Below are positions 46,439 through 55,870 of a stretch of 64,000 bases of DNA, piece by piece. Within the stretch, counting starts at the first letter, position 1. Each line of letters begins with the position of its first letter. A model generated the notes under the pieces. That model did no database searches and was not told the origin of the DNA. It saw nothing but the letters and a program-made list of their open reading frames with translations. The stretch lies in assembly GCA_903908715.1 (NCBI GenBank), contig CAIVSY010000041.1, forward strand, positions 11,314-75,313, in the 5' to 3' direction. The position numbers were made by a program, and so were the translations under genes. This DNA is from an uncultured bacterium (lineage in GTDB: Bacteria; Verrucomicrobiota; Kiritimatiellia; CAIKKV01; CAITUY01).

Positions 46439-46774
46439 ATGGAGAGAATGATGACGACCCCAAAACGATACGGAATTATCGGGGCAGTTTCAGTGACGCT
46501 CATTCTTGGATCAATGGTCGTCATCCGGACAATGCTTCCGTGCGATTCATTCATGTACGCTGCGCTTCAGAAGGTCTTCTGGGTTCCGACCATTCCCCTC
46601 TTCTGGGTCATGGAGAAAGTCATGGAGGGATGTGGCCTTCATGGGGAAGAAGGAATGAAGTACCTCCTGCCCATGTTCGCAACCATGCTGGCATACTGGG
46701 CGGCACTCGGATTCCTGATTGGGTTTGTGATTTGCAAGACGAGGGGAAGATGGAAGGGCACAACCACGGCCTGA
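46439..46774 (+). CDS. Cassette 8: small membrane protein (hypothetical)
   Basis: Met47 of ORF 46301..46774. Three predicted TM helices. No family. Confidence 0.45.
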   Translation: MERMMTTPKRYGIIGAVSVTLILGSMVVIRTMLPCDSFMYAALQKVFWVPTIPLFWVMEKVMEGCGLHGEEGMKYLLPMFATMLAYWAALGFLIGFVICKTRGRWKGTTTA

Positions 46775-46820
46775 ACCCTGCCGTTGCCCCGCGTGGACGC
46801 GGGACAACGTCTTGTTGGGC
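46758..46820 (+). repeat. attC-like site g (R'' GCACAAC ... R' GTTGGGC), overlaps ORF 3' end
   Basis: 63 bp. R'' is the exact reverse complement of the cassette 8 start GTTGTGC. Architecture parallels site c (GCCGAACCACACC vs GCACAACCACGGCC). Confidence 0.55.
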
Positions 46821-46842
46821 CGGACGCTGGTGCTCGGATGAA

Positions 46843-46986
46843 ATGAAGGCAATACGCAAACTGCTCTATTGGACGAACGTCGCGCTCCTGCTCACATGCG
46901 CGGTTGTCTTTGCATGGACACGCGTAGCGATCCTTCTGATCAAGTCGTCGGAGGGGCGGTGTATGGATTTAGCAGGCCGGGACTGA
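46843..46986 (+). CDS. Cassette 9?: 47-aa hydrophobic peptide (hypothetical)
   Basis: MKAIRKLLYWTNVALLLTCAVVFAWTRVAILLI. Single TM. No downstream attC found. Confidence 0.25.
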   Translation: MKAIRKLLYWTNVALLLTCAVVFAWTRVAILLIKSSEGRCMDLAGRD

Positions 46987-47287
46987 CGGGTGGCGGGGTT
47001 TGAGGGCGGCGTTGGCGGGATGAAGGAAGGCGGCGGGCGTGGGTTTTGGCGGAGGCGGCTCGCATCGGAGCCGGATAGGCGGGATGAGGGCGGTTAGTTA
47101 CTGTTTATTATCTGACCCCGCGTGTAAAACGGCTTTCTGATAAAACAGGCTTCTCCGCCCTCCATTCCTTCGGTGGTCTCGGCATGCCCCGTAATCACAA
47201 AACCACCCTGCCGGATCATGTGATTCATCCTTGATTCAGTCAGGGCCTTGCGTATGATTCTTCATGGAAACAAAAAGGAGTTTTCCC

Positions 47288-47833
47288 ATGAAGCGTTTTC
47301 TGACTGTCCTGGTTGCGGTATGTACGGCTTGCTGCCTGCAGGCGGCCAATCCGAACGCGGCCAAGGAGGTTTCCTTTTCGCTCCTGAAGACCGCACCGGA
47401 GAAACACAAAGGCCGGCTGGTCACCTATTCCGAGGTGTTCCGTGATTTCGCCAACACGTTCCCGCCTTATATGGAAATGGCGGGTTTTAAATCCACCCGT
47501 TGGCTCTTGTTGACGATCGGCGACCTGAAACTGCCGGTGCTGATCAAGAAAAAGGATGATGTAACCGCCATGGTGGCGGATCTCAAGCCGGGCACCATGG
47601 TGATTGTCACCGGACGGATCCGTGAGTTCAAGGTGGATCCGAAGATGCCGGCCTACGCGAAGTACTATGTGGACGCCGATACCATTGTCCCGGTTCCCGG
47701 GGCGCCAGTCCAACCAGCCCAGCCGGTCCAGGGAATGGCCCCTGTGAGGCCACAGCCTCAACCCCAGCCGCAGCCGCAGAATGCCGTTCGGCAAGTTCCC
47801 GTGCAGAAGGGTGCCGAACCGCCCCCATTCTGA
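47288..47833 (+). CDS. Secreted hypothetical protein with PQ-repeat C-terminus
   Basis: Met9 start. Signal peptide. C-terminal PVQPAQPVQ...PQPQPQPQPQ low-complexity region. Followed by a stem plus T-run terminator-like sequence around 47845-47885. Confidence 0.55.
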   Translation: MKRFLTVLVAVCTACCLQAANPNAAKEVSFSLLKTAPEKHKGRLVTYSEVFRDFANTFPPYMEMAGFKSTRWLLLTIGDLKLPVLIKKKDDVTAMVADLKPGTMVIVTGRIREFKVDPKMPAYAKYYVDADTIVPVPGAPVQPAQPVQGMAPVRPQPQPQPQPQNAVRQVPVQKGAEPPPF

Positions 47834-47879
47834 GGCTCCGGGCCAAACGGCCGGAGAAAGTCGGACAACCGCCGGGCTC

Positions 47880-48368
47880 TTATTTTTCCTGTTTCAGGAG
47901 TTCTATCACCTGACGGAACTTGGCCACATTTTCGGGATTGGCTGCGCCCAGGGCCTCATGGGCCTGAATCATCGTGTCGCGCATGACGGCCTCATCCTTT
48001 TGCAGGCCGCGCACCAGGTCCCCAAGGGGGAGCCATTGTGCGTCGGCGCACGGACGCTCGGTGAGGGAGAAATAGCGCAGGATCCCGAGACCCTTTAATT
48101 GCGACACCACCTTCTCGGACGGGTTTGCGATGGACAGGGCGATTGCTGTGCCTTCGCGGTCCAGCACCGCCATGGAAAGGACGCCCATGAATGTGCTGTC
48201 CATGGAGACGCAGTCTGCGGCTTCCACGACAACCTGCAATACCCCGGCTTTTTTCAAGCGCAGGAAGAGCTCACGCAAATCAGGGCCGAATACAAAGGTT
48301 GCCCGTCCGGAAACCCGTATGCGGGCTTCCGTCTTGGATATATCCACCAGAACGGCTGATTCCGTCAT
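47880..48368 (-). CDS. STAS-domain protein (anti-sigma-factor antagonist-like)
   Basis: VSMDSTFMGVLSMAV is a STAS pattern. 162 aa, longer than canonical antagonists. Confidence 0.55.
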   Translation of the reverse strand: MTESAVLVDISKTEARIRVSGRATFVFGPDLRELFLRLKKAGVLQVVVEAADCVSMDSTFMGVLSMAVLDREGTAIALSIANPSEKVVSQLKGLGILRYFSLTERPCADAQWLPLGDLVRGLQKDEAVMRDTMIQAHEALGAANPENVAKFRQVIELLKQEK

Positions 48369-49600
48369 TGTCTCTTTCCTCTCCTCTCATCCGCGATTTC
48401 AATTCCGACGAGGCAGATATCATCGTCGAATTCCGAACCTTCCGCAAAGGCCTCCGCCTGGGCCATCACCTGTTGGAGGAGGGCCTGGATTGGAAGCCGG
48501 CCGGCTGCATGGGCAGCGGCGGCTAGACGGTCCAAACCATACTCCTGACCGGCTGGATTGTGCAACTCGTAAAGTCCATCGGTGAACAGAAGGAGCTTGT
48601 CGCCGCGCATGAGGCTCCACTGCCGTGCGGTGTACCGGTAGGCGCCATCGATGCCCAGTGCCGGACCGCCGACATCGCCATCGAGGAGGAACCTGCCCGG
48701 GCTGGCTGAACCAGTCCGCAGCAGGATGGGCGGCGGGTGCCCGGCAATGGAGACGGTGAAGCGCCCCTCGGCGATATCCGTCACAACATAGGCGGCCGAG
48801 GCGAACACAAGTTGCTGGGGCTCGCGGAGAAGGTCGACCAGGATACGGTTTGTTTCCGTCAGGAGCTGTGCCGGGTCGGCGGCATAGGGACGCAATCGCT
48901 CCATGAGTCCGCGGAGGATGGCGGTAACCAGGGCCGCCCGCATTCCATGCCCCATGACATCGCAGATCAATGTCCCGGCCGAGTGGGAGGATAGCGTGAA
49001 GAGACTCAGGAAATCCCCGCCGATGGTGCGACATGGAAGGTAGATATGCCCGAATTGAACGGCGGCCTCCGACGGCGGCGCCTCCGGTGGGATCCGGGGA
49101 TACTGCCGCGGCATGAGTGCATGCTGGACTTCGCGGGCCAGGGCCAGGTCGGCATTCATGGCCTCGTTGCGCTGGCGAAGCTCCTCGGCCACCTGGAGCA
49201 TGTGGGCCTGGGCATGCTTGCGCTCAATGGCGTACAGGATGGAACGGATCAGGAACCGCGCCTCGGTGTGCCCCTTGATGAGGTAGTCTTCCGCGCCCTC
49301 GTGGATCGCCCGCGTCCCGAGTTCCTCATCTTGCAGACCGGTCAGGAGGAGAATGGGGGTGTCCTGCGCCGCAGCCCGGATGCGCGAGAAGGTCGACCAC
49401 CCGGAGGAATCCGGCAATGTCAGGTCCAGCAGGATGACTTGGGGCTTATTCCGGAGCAGGGCCAGGCCTTCTGCAAGTGTCCTGGCGCGGTGCGGGTCGA
49501 ATCGGGTTTCATCACGGGATTGCGACAGCAGGCGGGTGGTAAGCGTATAGTCGAATTCGTCGTCCTCGATGATCAGCACGCGTATGGGCGTTATGTTCAT
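48365..49600 (-). CDS. Response regulator with PP2C/SpoIIE-type phosphatase domain (RsbU-like)
   Basis: Met21 start. REC domain (VLIIEDDEFD, ILLDLTLPDSSG). PP2C-like region (GGDFLSLF, CDVMGHGMRAALV, LLLFTDGL). Overlaps the STAS gene stop. Confidence 0.8.
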   Translation of the reverse strand: MNITPIRVLIIEDDEFDYTLTTRLLSQSRDETRFDPHRARTLAEGLALLRNKPQVILLDLTLPDSSGWSTFSRIRAAAQDTPILLLTGLQDEELGTRAIHEGAEDYLIKGHTEARFLIRSILYAIERKHAQAHMLQVAEELRQRNEAMNADLALAREVQHALMPRQYPRIPPEAPPSEAAVQFGHIYLPCRTIGGDFLSLFTLSSHSAGTLICDVMGHGMRAALVTAILRGLMERLRPYAADPAQLLTETNRILVDLLREPQQLVFASAAYVVTDIAEGRFTVSIAGHPPPILLRTGSASPGRFLLDGDVGGPALGIDGAYRYTARQWSLMRGDKLLLFTDGLYELHNPAGQEYGLDRLAAAAHAAGRLPIQALLQQVMAQAEAFAEGSEFDDDICLVGIEIADERRGKRQ

Positions 49601-49765
49601 GCGCGACACTCCATTGTGTCCGGTCGCGATCGGTCCCCGTCCGCCTTCATCTTGCTCCAATGCTCCGGAGCGTCAAGCCGAATCCGGGGATGTTGGGTTC
49701 CGGATTCGATCTCGACCTGTGGCGGGAGCATACTGTAGTTTCTGGCTGGCATCGGGGAGGAAGGC

Positions 49766-50572
49766 ATGAAGCACAATAAGCTCATTCAGGAAATCAATGC
49801 AGCCAGGGTTACGCCCGGCCACTGTGCGGTGTGGTGGCTCGGCCAGCACGGGTTTGCGGTGAAACTGGGGCGGACGGTTTGCTACATCGATGCCTACCTC
49901 GAGCCGCATCCGGAACGCACGGTTCCGCCCCTGTTACTTCCGGAGGAAGTGACGAATGCCGACCTCGTTCTCGGCTCCCATGACCACAGCGACCATATTG
50001 ATCGGTGGGCCTGGCCGGGGATTGCCATGGCCTCGCCAAAGGCCAGATTCGTGGTTCCGGAGCTGCTAAAGAAGAAGGCGGCCAGGGAACTGGGGATTCC
50101 CGAGGAGCGGTTCCTCGGAGTCGATCTCGGGTTGTCCGCCCGGTTTGCGGGAGTCAAGGTGTCGGGTGTGCCGGCGGCCCATGAGTTGCTGGAGCGGGAC
50201 CGGCGGACGGGCCTGCACCCGAATCTGGGCTTTGTGGTCCAGGGCAACGGGATCACCCTCTACCATGCGGGCGACACCTGTATGTACGAAGGCATACATG
50301 CGATTCTGCGGCAATGGAAGTTCGACGCCGTATTCCTGCCCATCAACGGGCGTGATGCCGCGCGGCTCCGGGCGAACTGTATCGGGAACATGACCTACCA
50401 GGAGGCGGCGGATCTTGCAGGGGCGATCCGCCCGCGGTTCACGGTGCCAACGCACTTCGAGATGTTTGCATCCAATTCCGCCGATCCCAGCCTGTTTGCC
50501 GATTATGTCGGCGTCAAGTATCCCCGCTTGGCTGTACGCATCCCGGAACACGGCCGGAAATGGCTCCTGTAA
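49766..50572 (+). CDS. MBL-fold metallo-hydrolase
   Basis: LGSHDHSDHID is the HxHxDH metallo-beta-lactamase motif. Confidence 0.8.
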   Translation: MKHNKLIQEINAARVTPGHCAVWWLGQHGFAVKLGRTVCYIDAYLEPHPERTVPPLLLPEEVTNADLVLGSHDHSDHIDRWAWPGIAMASPKARFVVPELLKKKAARELGIPEERFLGVDLGLSARFAGVKVSGVPAAHELLERDRRTGLHPNLGFVVQGNGITLYHAGDTCMYEGIHAILRQWKFDAVFLPINGRDAARLRANCIGNMTYQEAADLAGAIRPRFTVPTHFEMFASNSADPSLFADYVGVKYPRLAVRIPEHGRKWLL

Positions 50573-50686
50573 GGGTGCGGATGGCCGCCTGGCCGCACGC
50601 CGGCGCTCCACCTGAAGCGTACTCCGGAACGAGTCCGCGGAACGGCCCAGCTTGATTTTTCCGGTTCCCTGCCGCACACTGCCGGC

Positions 50687-51985
50687 ATGAAGAGCACCAA
50701 CCCGTACGCATTACCCCGGAATGAGATTGAACGTTTACGAAGCCTCGCCCGACGCCAGGCGGAACTTGCGGCGCTTCCCGTCATGCAGGCCCGCCGGCAA
50801 TTGTGGACTGACATGAATGACGCCAAACCCGGGGCCCGCCCCCCGTTTGCGATCGAAAGCTGGACCTTTGACCGCGATTTCATGCCGTCTTCACTGTTCC
50901 AGTGCCAGACTCCGTACGCGAGGGGGCTGGAGAACACATTCCTGCGCCATATCCGGCACCATGAGATCCTGAATGACGACCACGTCTGCCCCGCAACACT
51001 CGACATGGGCTGGCACGTCCGATACGACGAGTTCGGGATTCAGATCAAGACCGAGTATGAGAAGGATGCCGAGGGGCAGGTGCTCGGGTATCACTTCGAT
51101 TGTCCGGTCAAGGACTTGAGGGATGGTTTTGACATGATCCGGCCATCCACCTACAGCCTGGACCGGGAAGGGACGATGGCGGAAAAAGCGTTTCTCGAGG
51201 AGACCTTTGGCGACATCCTGCCTGTGGCCATCCGCTCCGGGACGTTCGGGCAGAACAACCTGACCCAGCGCCTGATGCGGATCATGAGCATGGAAACCTT
51301 CTTCCTCGGCATGGCCGATTGCCCCGAAAAGGTGCATGGCATCATGACCCTGTTGAAGGACAATGCCAAGGGAATGGCGCTCTGGGGTGAGAGGGAGGGT
51401 CTGCTGACCCTCAACAATGGCAACGAGTGCACCTGCGGAACCTGTTTCAACTTCACAACCCTGTTGCCGCGGAAGCCGGCTGCGCCGGGGTCGGTCAAGT
51501 TGAAGGACATGTGGGCGGGGATGGACAGCCAGGAGACGGTGGGGGTATCGCCGGCCCAGTTCCATGAATTCTGTTTCCCGTACTACAAGGAGCTGGCCGA
51601 GTTGTTCGGCTTTGTGTACTGGGGTTGCTGCGAGCCGGCGGACCCGATCTGGGAGACTTCGCTGAGCCGGCTTCCCAATCTCAAGGCGGTCTCGATTTCC
51701 AAGTGGGCGCGGCAGGAGTACATGGCCGAGATGCTGGCGGGCAAGGGCATTGTGTTCTCCCGCAAGCCGGACCCGAACCTGCTGGGTGTGGATGTGCAAT
51801 TGAACGAGGCCGCCTGGGCAGAGGAAATCCGGCGGACGTTGGACCTTACTGTGAAACGGAATGTTCCCCTTTCATTCGTGGTCCGCGATGTGTACACGAT
51901 GCATGGCAACCTGGAAAAGGCGCGCCGTGCCGTGGAAATCGGACGCAGGGAGATTGACCGGGTTTTCGGTCCTCTACGGGTATAG
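50687..51985 (+). CDS. Hypothetical protein, possible URO-D-like (uroporphyrinogen-decarboxylase-family) fold
   Basis: 432 aa. Weak resemblance to URO-D family members common in polysaccharide-degrading loci. Not firmly assigned. Confidence 0.35.
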   Translation: MKSTNPYALPRNEIERLRSLARRQAELAALPVMQARRQLWTDMNDAKPGARPPFAIESWTFDRDFMPSSLFQCQTPYARGLENTFLRHIRHHEILNDDHVCPATLDMGWHVRYDEFGIQIKTEYEKDAEGQVLGYHFDCPVKDLRDGFDMIRPSTYSLDREGTMAEKAFLEETFGDILPVAIRSGTFGQNNLTQRLMRIMSMETFFLGMADCPEKVHGIMTLLKDNAKGMALWGEREGLLTLNNGNECTCGTCFNFTTLLPRKPAAPGSVKLKDMWAGMDSQETVGVSPAQFHEFCFPYYKELAELFGFVYWGCCEPADPIWETSLSRLPNLKAVSISKWARQEYMAEMLAGKGIVFSRKPDPNLLGVDVQLNEAAWAEEIRRTLDLTVKRNVPLSFVVRDVYTMHGNLEKARRAVEIGRREIDRVFGPLRV

Positions 51986-52027
51986 GGTTCATGCGGGGAG
52001 ACAGGCGGGGAAGGTCCGGAGGCGAGT

Positions 52028-53437
52028 ATGATGGAGTGCGATCCTGTGGCGGAGAAGGTCGGCGGCTGGATGGCCCGTGCGCGGCGGGCCCAGCAGGCGG
52101 TCGAGTTTGCCACGCAGGAAAAGGTGGATGAGATCACCACCCGGGTGGCCTGGGCGGCGGTCCAGCCGGATTTCGCCCGTCAGCTGGCCGAAACCCTGGT
52201 TGCCGAGAGCGGGATGGGAGAGGGTGCCGACAAGGTGGCCAAGATCATGACCAAGGTTCGCGGCACCTTGCGGGACATGAAGGGCCGGAAATCGGCGGGA
52301 GTGGTTTTTGAGGATCCGGCGACGGGCATCCGGAGGCTGGCCAAGCCGGTTGGTGTCATAGGCGCCATCCTTCCTGTGACCAATGGGGAGGCGACCCCGC
52401 TGGTGAAGATTCTCTGCGCGCTCAAGACCCGAAATGCCATCCTGCTGGCTCCGCATCCCAAAGCGCAGAAGACTTGTGATCTGGCCGTGGCCCGGGTGCG
52501 AGCCCTCCTCCGGCAACAGGGTTGGCCGGAGGATCTCGTGATCGGGATTGCTCCCGTATCCGTGGAGATCAGCCGCGAATTGATGCGGCAGTGCGACCTG
52601 GTGATTGCCACCGGCGGCCCCGCCCTTGTCCAGGCCGCGCACACCAGCGGAACCCCCAGTTACGGGGTGGGAGCCGGGAATGCCGTTTGCCTGATCGACG
52701 AGACCGCGGATGCAAAGGACGCGGCACATAAGATCATGCAGTCGAAGACGTTTGACCATGCGACCAGTTGTTCCGCCGAAAACGCCCTGGCCATCCAGGA
52801 AAGCATCTATGAAACGATGATGCGGGAGTTGGAGGCGGCAGGGGGCTATTGTGTCACGCCGGAGGAAAAGATCCGGTTGCAGGCGGTCCTGTGGGATCCG
52901 GAAAAGAACATACTGAACCGTGCGGCGGTAGCTCGTCCGGCCGGGGTGATTGCCACCCTGGCGGGGATCCGTCTGCCGGAGGGGAAGCGTTTCCTGCTTG
53001 TTCCTGAAACCGGGGTCGGGCCGGCCTATCCTTTCTCAGGGGAAAAGCTTTCCGTCACGCTGGCGGTCTACCGGTGGAAGACCTTCGAGGAGGCCCTGGA
53101 ACTGGCGGACCGCATCCTTGCGCATTCGGGGGCAGGCCACTCCTGCGGGATTCACACTACCAGCGATGCGCGTGTGCTCGAGATGGCGCGCAGGGTCAAG
53201 GTTTCGCGCATCATGGTTCGCCAGCCGCAATCCCTGGCGAGTTCGGGGGCATGGACCAATGGCATGCCCATGAGTCTTACGCTGGGTTGCGGGACCTGGG
53301 GCGGGAATATCAGCAGCTCGAATATTACATGGGAGCACATGCTCAACTACACGTGGGTGTCCTGCCCGATACCCGCCGCACAGCCGACGGATGAGGAACT
53401 CTTCGGAGGGATCATCCAGGAAGGACGGACGGAATGA
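52028..53437 (+). CDS. CoA-acylating aldehyde dehydrogenase (EutE/PduP-like)
   Basis: ALDH fold with catalytic Cys in TSCSAEN. Its length and lack of the usual ALDH Glu motif fit the EutE type. Confidence 0.7.
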   Translation: MMECDPVAEKVGGWMARARRAQQAVEFATQEKVDEITTRVAWAAVQPDFARQLAETLVAESGMGEGADKVAKIMTKVRGTLRDMKGRKSAGVVFEDPATGIRRLAKPVGVIGAILPVTNGEATPLVKILCALKTRNAILLAPHPKAQKTCDLAVARVRALLRQQGWPEDLVIGIAPVSVEISRELMRQCDLVIATGGPALVQAAHTSGTPSYGVGAGNAVCLIDETADAKDAAHKIMQSKTFDHATSCSAENALAIQESIYETMMRELEAAGGYCVTPEEKIRLQAVLWDPEKNILNRAAVARPAGVIATLAGIRLPEGKRFLLVPETGVGPAYPFSGEKLSVTLAVYRWKTFEEALELADRILAHSGAGHSCGIHTTSDARVLEMARRVKVSRIMVRQPQSLASSGAWTNGMPMSLTLGCGTWGGNISSSNITWEHMLNYTWVSCPIPAAQPTDEELFGGIIQEGRTE

Positions 53438-54648
53438 AACAAGAGGGCCAGTGTATGCACACAGGAACCCTCTGCGCCCGCGAGTACCGTACCGGCAAGG
53501 GGATTCAAGTGGCCTGGCAGTCCGGTGCCGTGACGTGTGTCGAGCCGGCCGAGGTGACGGAGGATATCTGGATCGCCCCGGGCTTGACGGATCTCCAGGT
53601 GAACGGGTATGGCGGGGTCGATTTCCAGGATTCCGCGCTGACGCTGGAGTCCCTGCGAAAGGCCGTTCGGGCCCTGCAGCGGGACGGCTGCTTCCAGTTT
53701 TTCCCGACACTGATAACCGATGACTGGTCTGCCATGATTGCCCGGTTACGCCGCATCCGGGGCTTTCGTGAACAATGTCCCGAACTGCAGGCCGCCATTG
53801 CGGGATGGCATCTCGAGGGGCCCTTTCTTTCGCCGGTTCCCGGGTATTGCGGCGCCCATCCGAAGGAAAAAATGATTCGGCCGACACCGGGCCACATCCG
53901 GGAACTGCGCGAAGCGACAGGAAACGATCCGGTCCTGCTGACGGTGGCACCGGAGCAGGAAGGGGTTCTGGAGGTCCTGCCGCTTGCCGCATCGCTGGGG
54001 ATCCGCATCAGTCTCGGGCATTCCAACGCATCCGCCGCGCAACTCGCGGCAGCCGTGCGCGGGGGCGCTGTTTCCTTCACGCACCTCGGGAACGGCTGCC
54101 CGCAGGCCCTTGACCGGCATGACAACATTCTCTGGCGGGTCATCGGGTCGGAGGCACTTCATCCCGGTTTGATTCCCGACAGTATTCATATCTCACCGGC
54201 ACTTTTCCGGATCCTGCATCGAGCCATGGATCCTGCGCGTTTCTGGTACACAACGGACGCCGTACACCCTGCCGGCGCCCCCTGCGGGCGGTACCGGATC
54301 CTGGGCGGGACAGAGGTTGAGGTGGGCCCGGATCAGGTGGTTCGTGTGCCCGGGGCGGCCAACTTTGCCGGATCGGCATTGCGTCCGCTGGAGGGCATTT
54401 TCCGTGCCGCGGAAATGCTGGGCTGTTCGTGGCGGGAGGTTTGGGACCGCTTTACGCTGCAACCGCGTCACTGGATGGGAATGAAAGACGCTGCGATCGT
54501 CCCCGGCGGTGCGGCGAGTTTCTGTATCCTGGATTTCCGGAAATCCGGTCAGCCTGTTGTTGAAACGTACATACAGGGCGAGAAGCGTTCCTCGCTTCCC
54601 GCGAAGGCTTGGATGGGCGGGGCCGGGATTCCCGACGAACGGTCATGA
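53434..54648 (+). CDS. nagA: N-acetylglucosamine-6-phosphate deacetylase
   Basis: QVNGYGGVDF, HLEGPFLSP, SLGHSNA and THLGNG metal/active-site motifs. ATGA overlap with the upstream gene. Confidence 0.85.
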   Translation: MKQEGQCMHTGTLCAREYRTGKGIQVAWQSGAVTCVEPAEVTEDIWIAPGLTDLQVNGYGGVDFQDSALTLESLRKAVRALQRDGCFQFFPTLITDDWSAMIARLRRIRGFREQCPELQAAIAGWHLEGPFLSPVPGYCGAHPKEKMIRPTPGHIRELREATGNDPVLLTVAPEQEGVLEVLPLAASLGIRISLGHSNASAAQLAAAVRGGAVSFTHLGNGCPQALDRHDNILWRVIGSEALHPGLIPDSIHISPALFRILHRAMDPARFWYTTDAVHPAGAPCGRYRILGGTEVEVGPDQVVRVPGAANFAGSALRPLEGIFRAAEMLGCSWREVWDRFTLQPRHWMGMKDAAIVPGGAASFCILDFRKSGQPVVETYIQGEKRSSLPAKAWMGGAGIPDERS

Positions 54649-54718
54649 CCCGGTCAAGAACCGTTCGTCGGGCCGCGCAATCATGCGCCGCATGTCCGGC
54701 ATGCCGCCGGTGCGGCGG

Positions 54719-55828
54719 TTACGCAAGGCCTTCGTTGAAGAACACAAACAGGCCTTCCTTGCCCGGGGCCACGAGGTCCAGCCGGCCGGTTCCGCGCAAG
54801 TCTGCCAGGGCGAAGTGGATGCCGCAGCCCTTGCCGGTACCGATGGGGCCATAGTCAATCACCTGTTTGGCGAAACCTTCCCCGGTCCACTTGAAGTAGT
54901 AGAGGCCGATGTCATCCCATTCACCCGGTTCGTTGCCGCAATGTGCGCGGTGGCGCTTGCCCGTCACGAGTTCCGGCTTGCCGTCGCCGTCGATATCGGC
55001 CCAGTGCAGATCGTGATACTGGGCGTTGTAGGGATCAATCGGATGGTGGATCCAGGTCCGCTTCCCGGCCTGGACCTTTTGCTCGCTCCACCACAGGCCG
55101 TAGCCGTGCGCGTTGCCGGTGATGATTTCATTGACGCCGTCACCGTTCAAGTCCACGACCAGCATAGGCACACTGCCTGCCCAGCCCCACGGCGGATTGG
55201 GGAAATCCTCGTGCCAGATCCATTTGCCCTTTTCGGGGTCGGCGGGCGCTTCCAGCCAGCCCTTGACCAGCACGATATCCATGCGTCCGTTTCCGGCGAT
55301 ATCGCCGCAGCCGAGTCCGTGGCCTTGTGTTCCGTTCTCGAACCGGTAGACAACGATCTTCCGGAACTTGCCGGTGCCCTTGCCGCGGGAATCGGTGATG
55401 AGCTTGTAGTAGGCGACCTCGGGGTTCGGCGGCGTGTTCGGCAGGATCTCGAGGATGCCGTCGCCGTCAATATCCCAGGCGCGTGTGGTCTCCACATTGC
55501 CGGTGTTCTCGGCCAGGATGTGCTCGGGCCAGGGTTGCGTCGGGTCCTTGGGGTTTTCCCGCCAGCGCAGGTTGTTCCCCCACCAGCCGCCGGTCACATA
55601 GTCCATCCGGCCATTGCCGTTGATGTCCATGGCGATGGTCGAAAAGTCGTCGTAATACTCGCCTTCCCGCTTCGGTTCGCCGATGAGGTGCTTCTTCCGG
55701 AAATCGGGCCCCTCGTACCAGAATCCGCCGCTGACGATATCCGGCTTGCCGTCGCCGTTCACATCAAACACGCCGGCCGACTCATAACATTCGTCCGCAA
55801 TCCACTGCTTCTTCCACTGCACAGGCAT
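54719..55828 (-). CDS. FG-GAP/VCBS repeat (beta-propeller) protein
   Basis: Repeated DxDGDG/ NGDG calcium-binding-like motifs (DVNGDGKPD, DINGNGRMD, DIDGDGILE, DLNGDGVNE, DIDGDGKPE). Confidence 0.7.
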   Translation of the reverse strand: MPVQWKKQWIADECYESAGVFDVNGDGKPDIVSGGFWYEGPDFRKKHLIGEPKREGEYYDDFSTIAMDINGNGRMDYVTGGWWGNNLRWRENPKDPTQPWPEHILAENTGNVETTRAWDIDGDGILEILPNTPPNPEVAYYKLITDSRGKGTGKFRKIVVYRFENGTQGHGLGCGDIAGNGRMDIVLVKGWLEAPADPEKGKWIWHEDFPNPPWGWAGSVPMLVVDLNGDGVNEIITGNAHGYGLWWSEQKVQAGKRTWIHHPIDPYNAQYHDLHWADIDGDGKPELVTGKRHRAHCGNEPGEWDDIGLYYFKWTGEGFAKQVIDYGPIGTGKGCGIHFALADLRGTGRLDLVAPGKEGLFVFFNEGLA

Positions 55829-55870
55829 GATCCGTATCCTTTCCCTGGTTCAGTTCCGTTCTTTCCGTTT

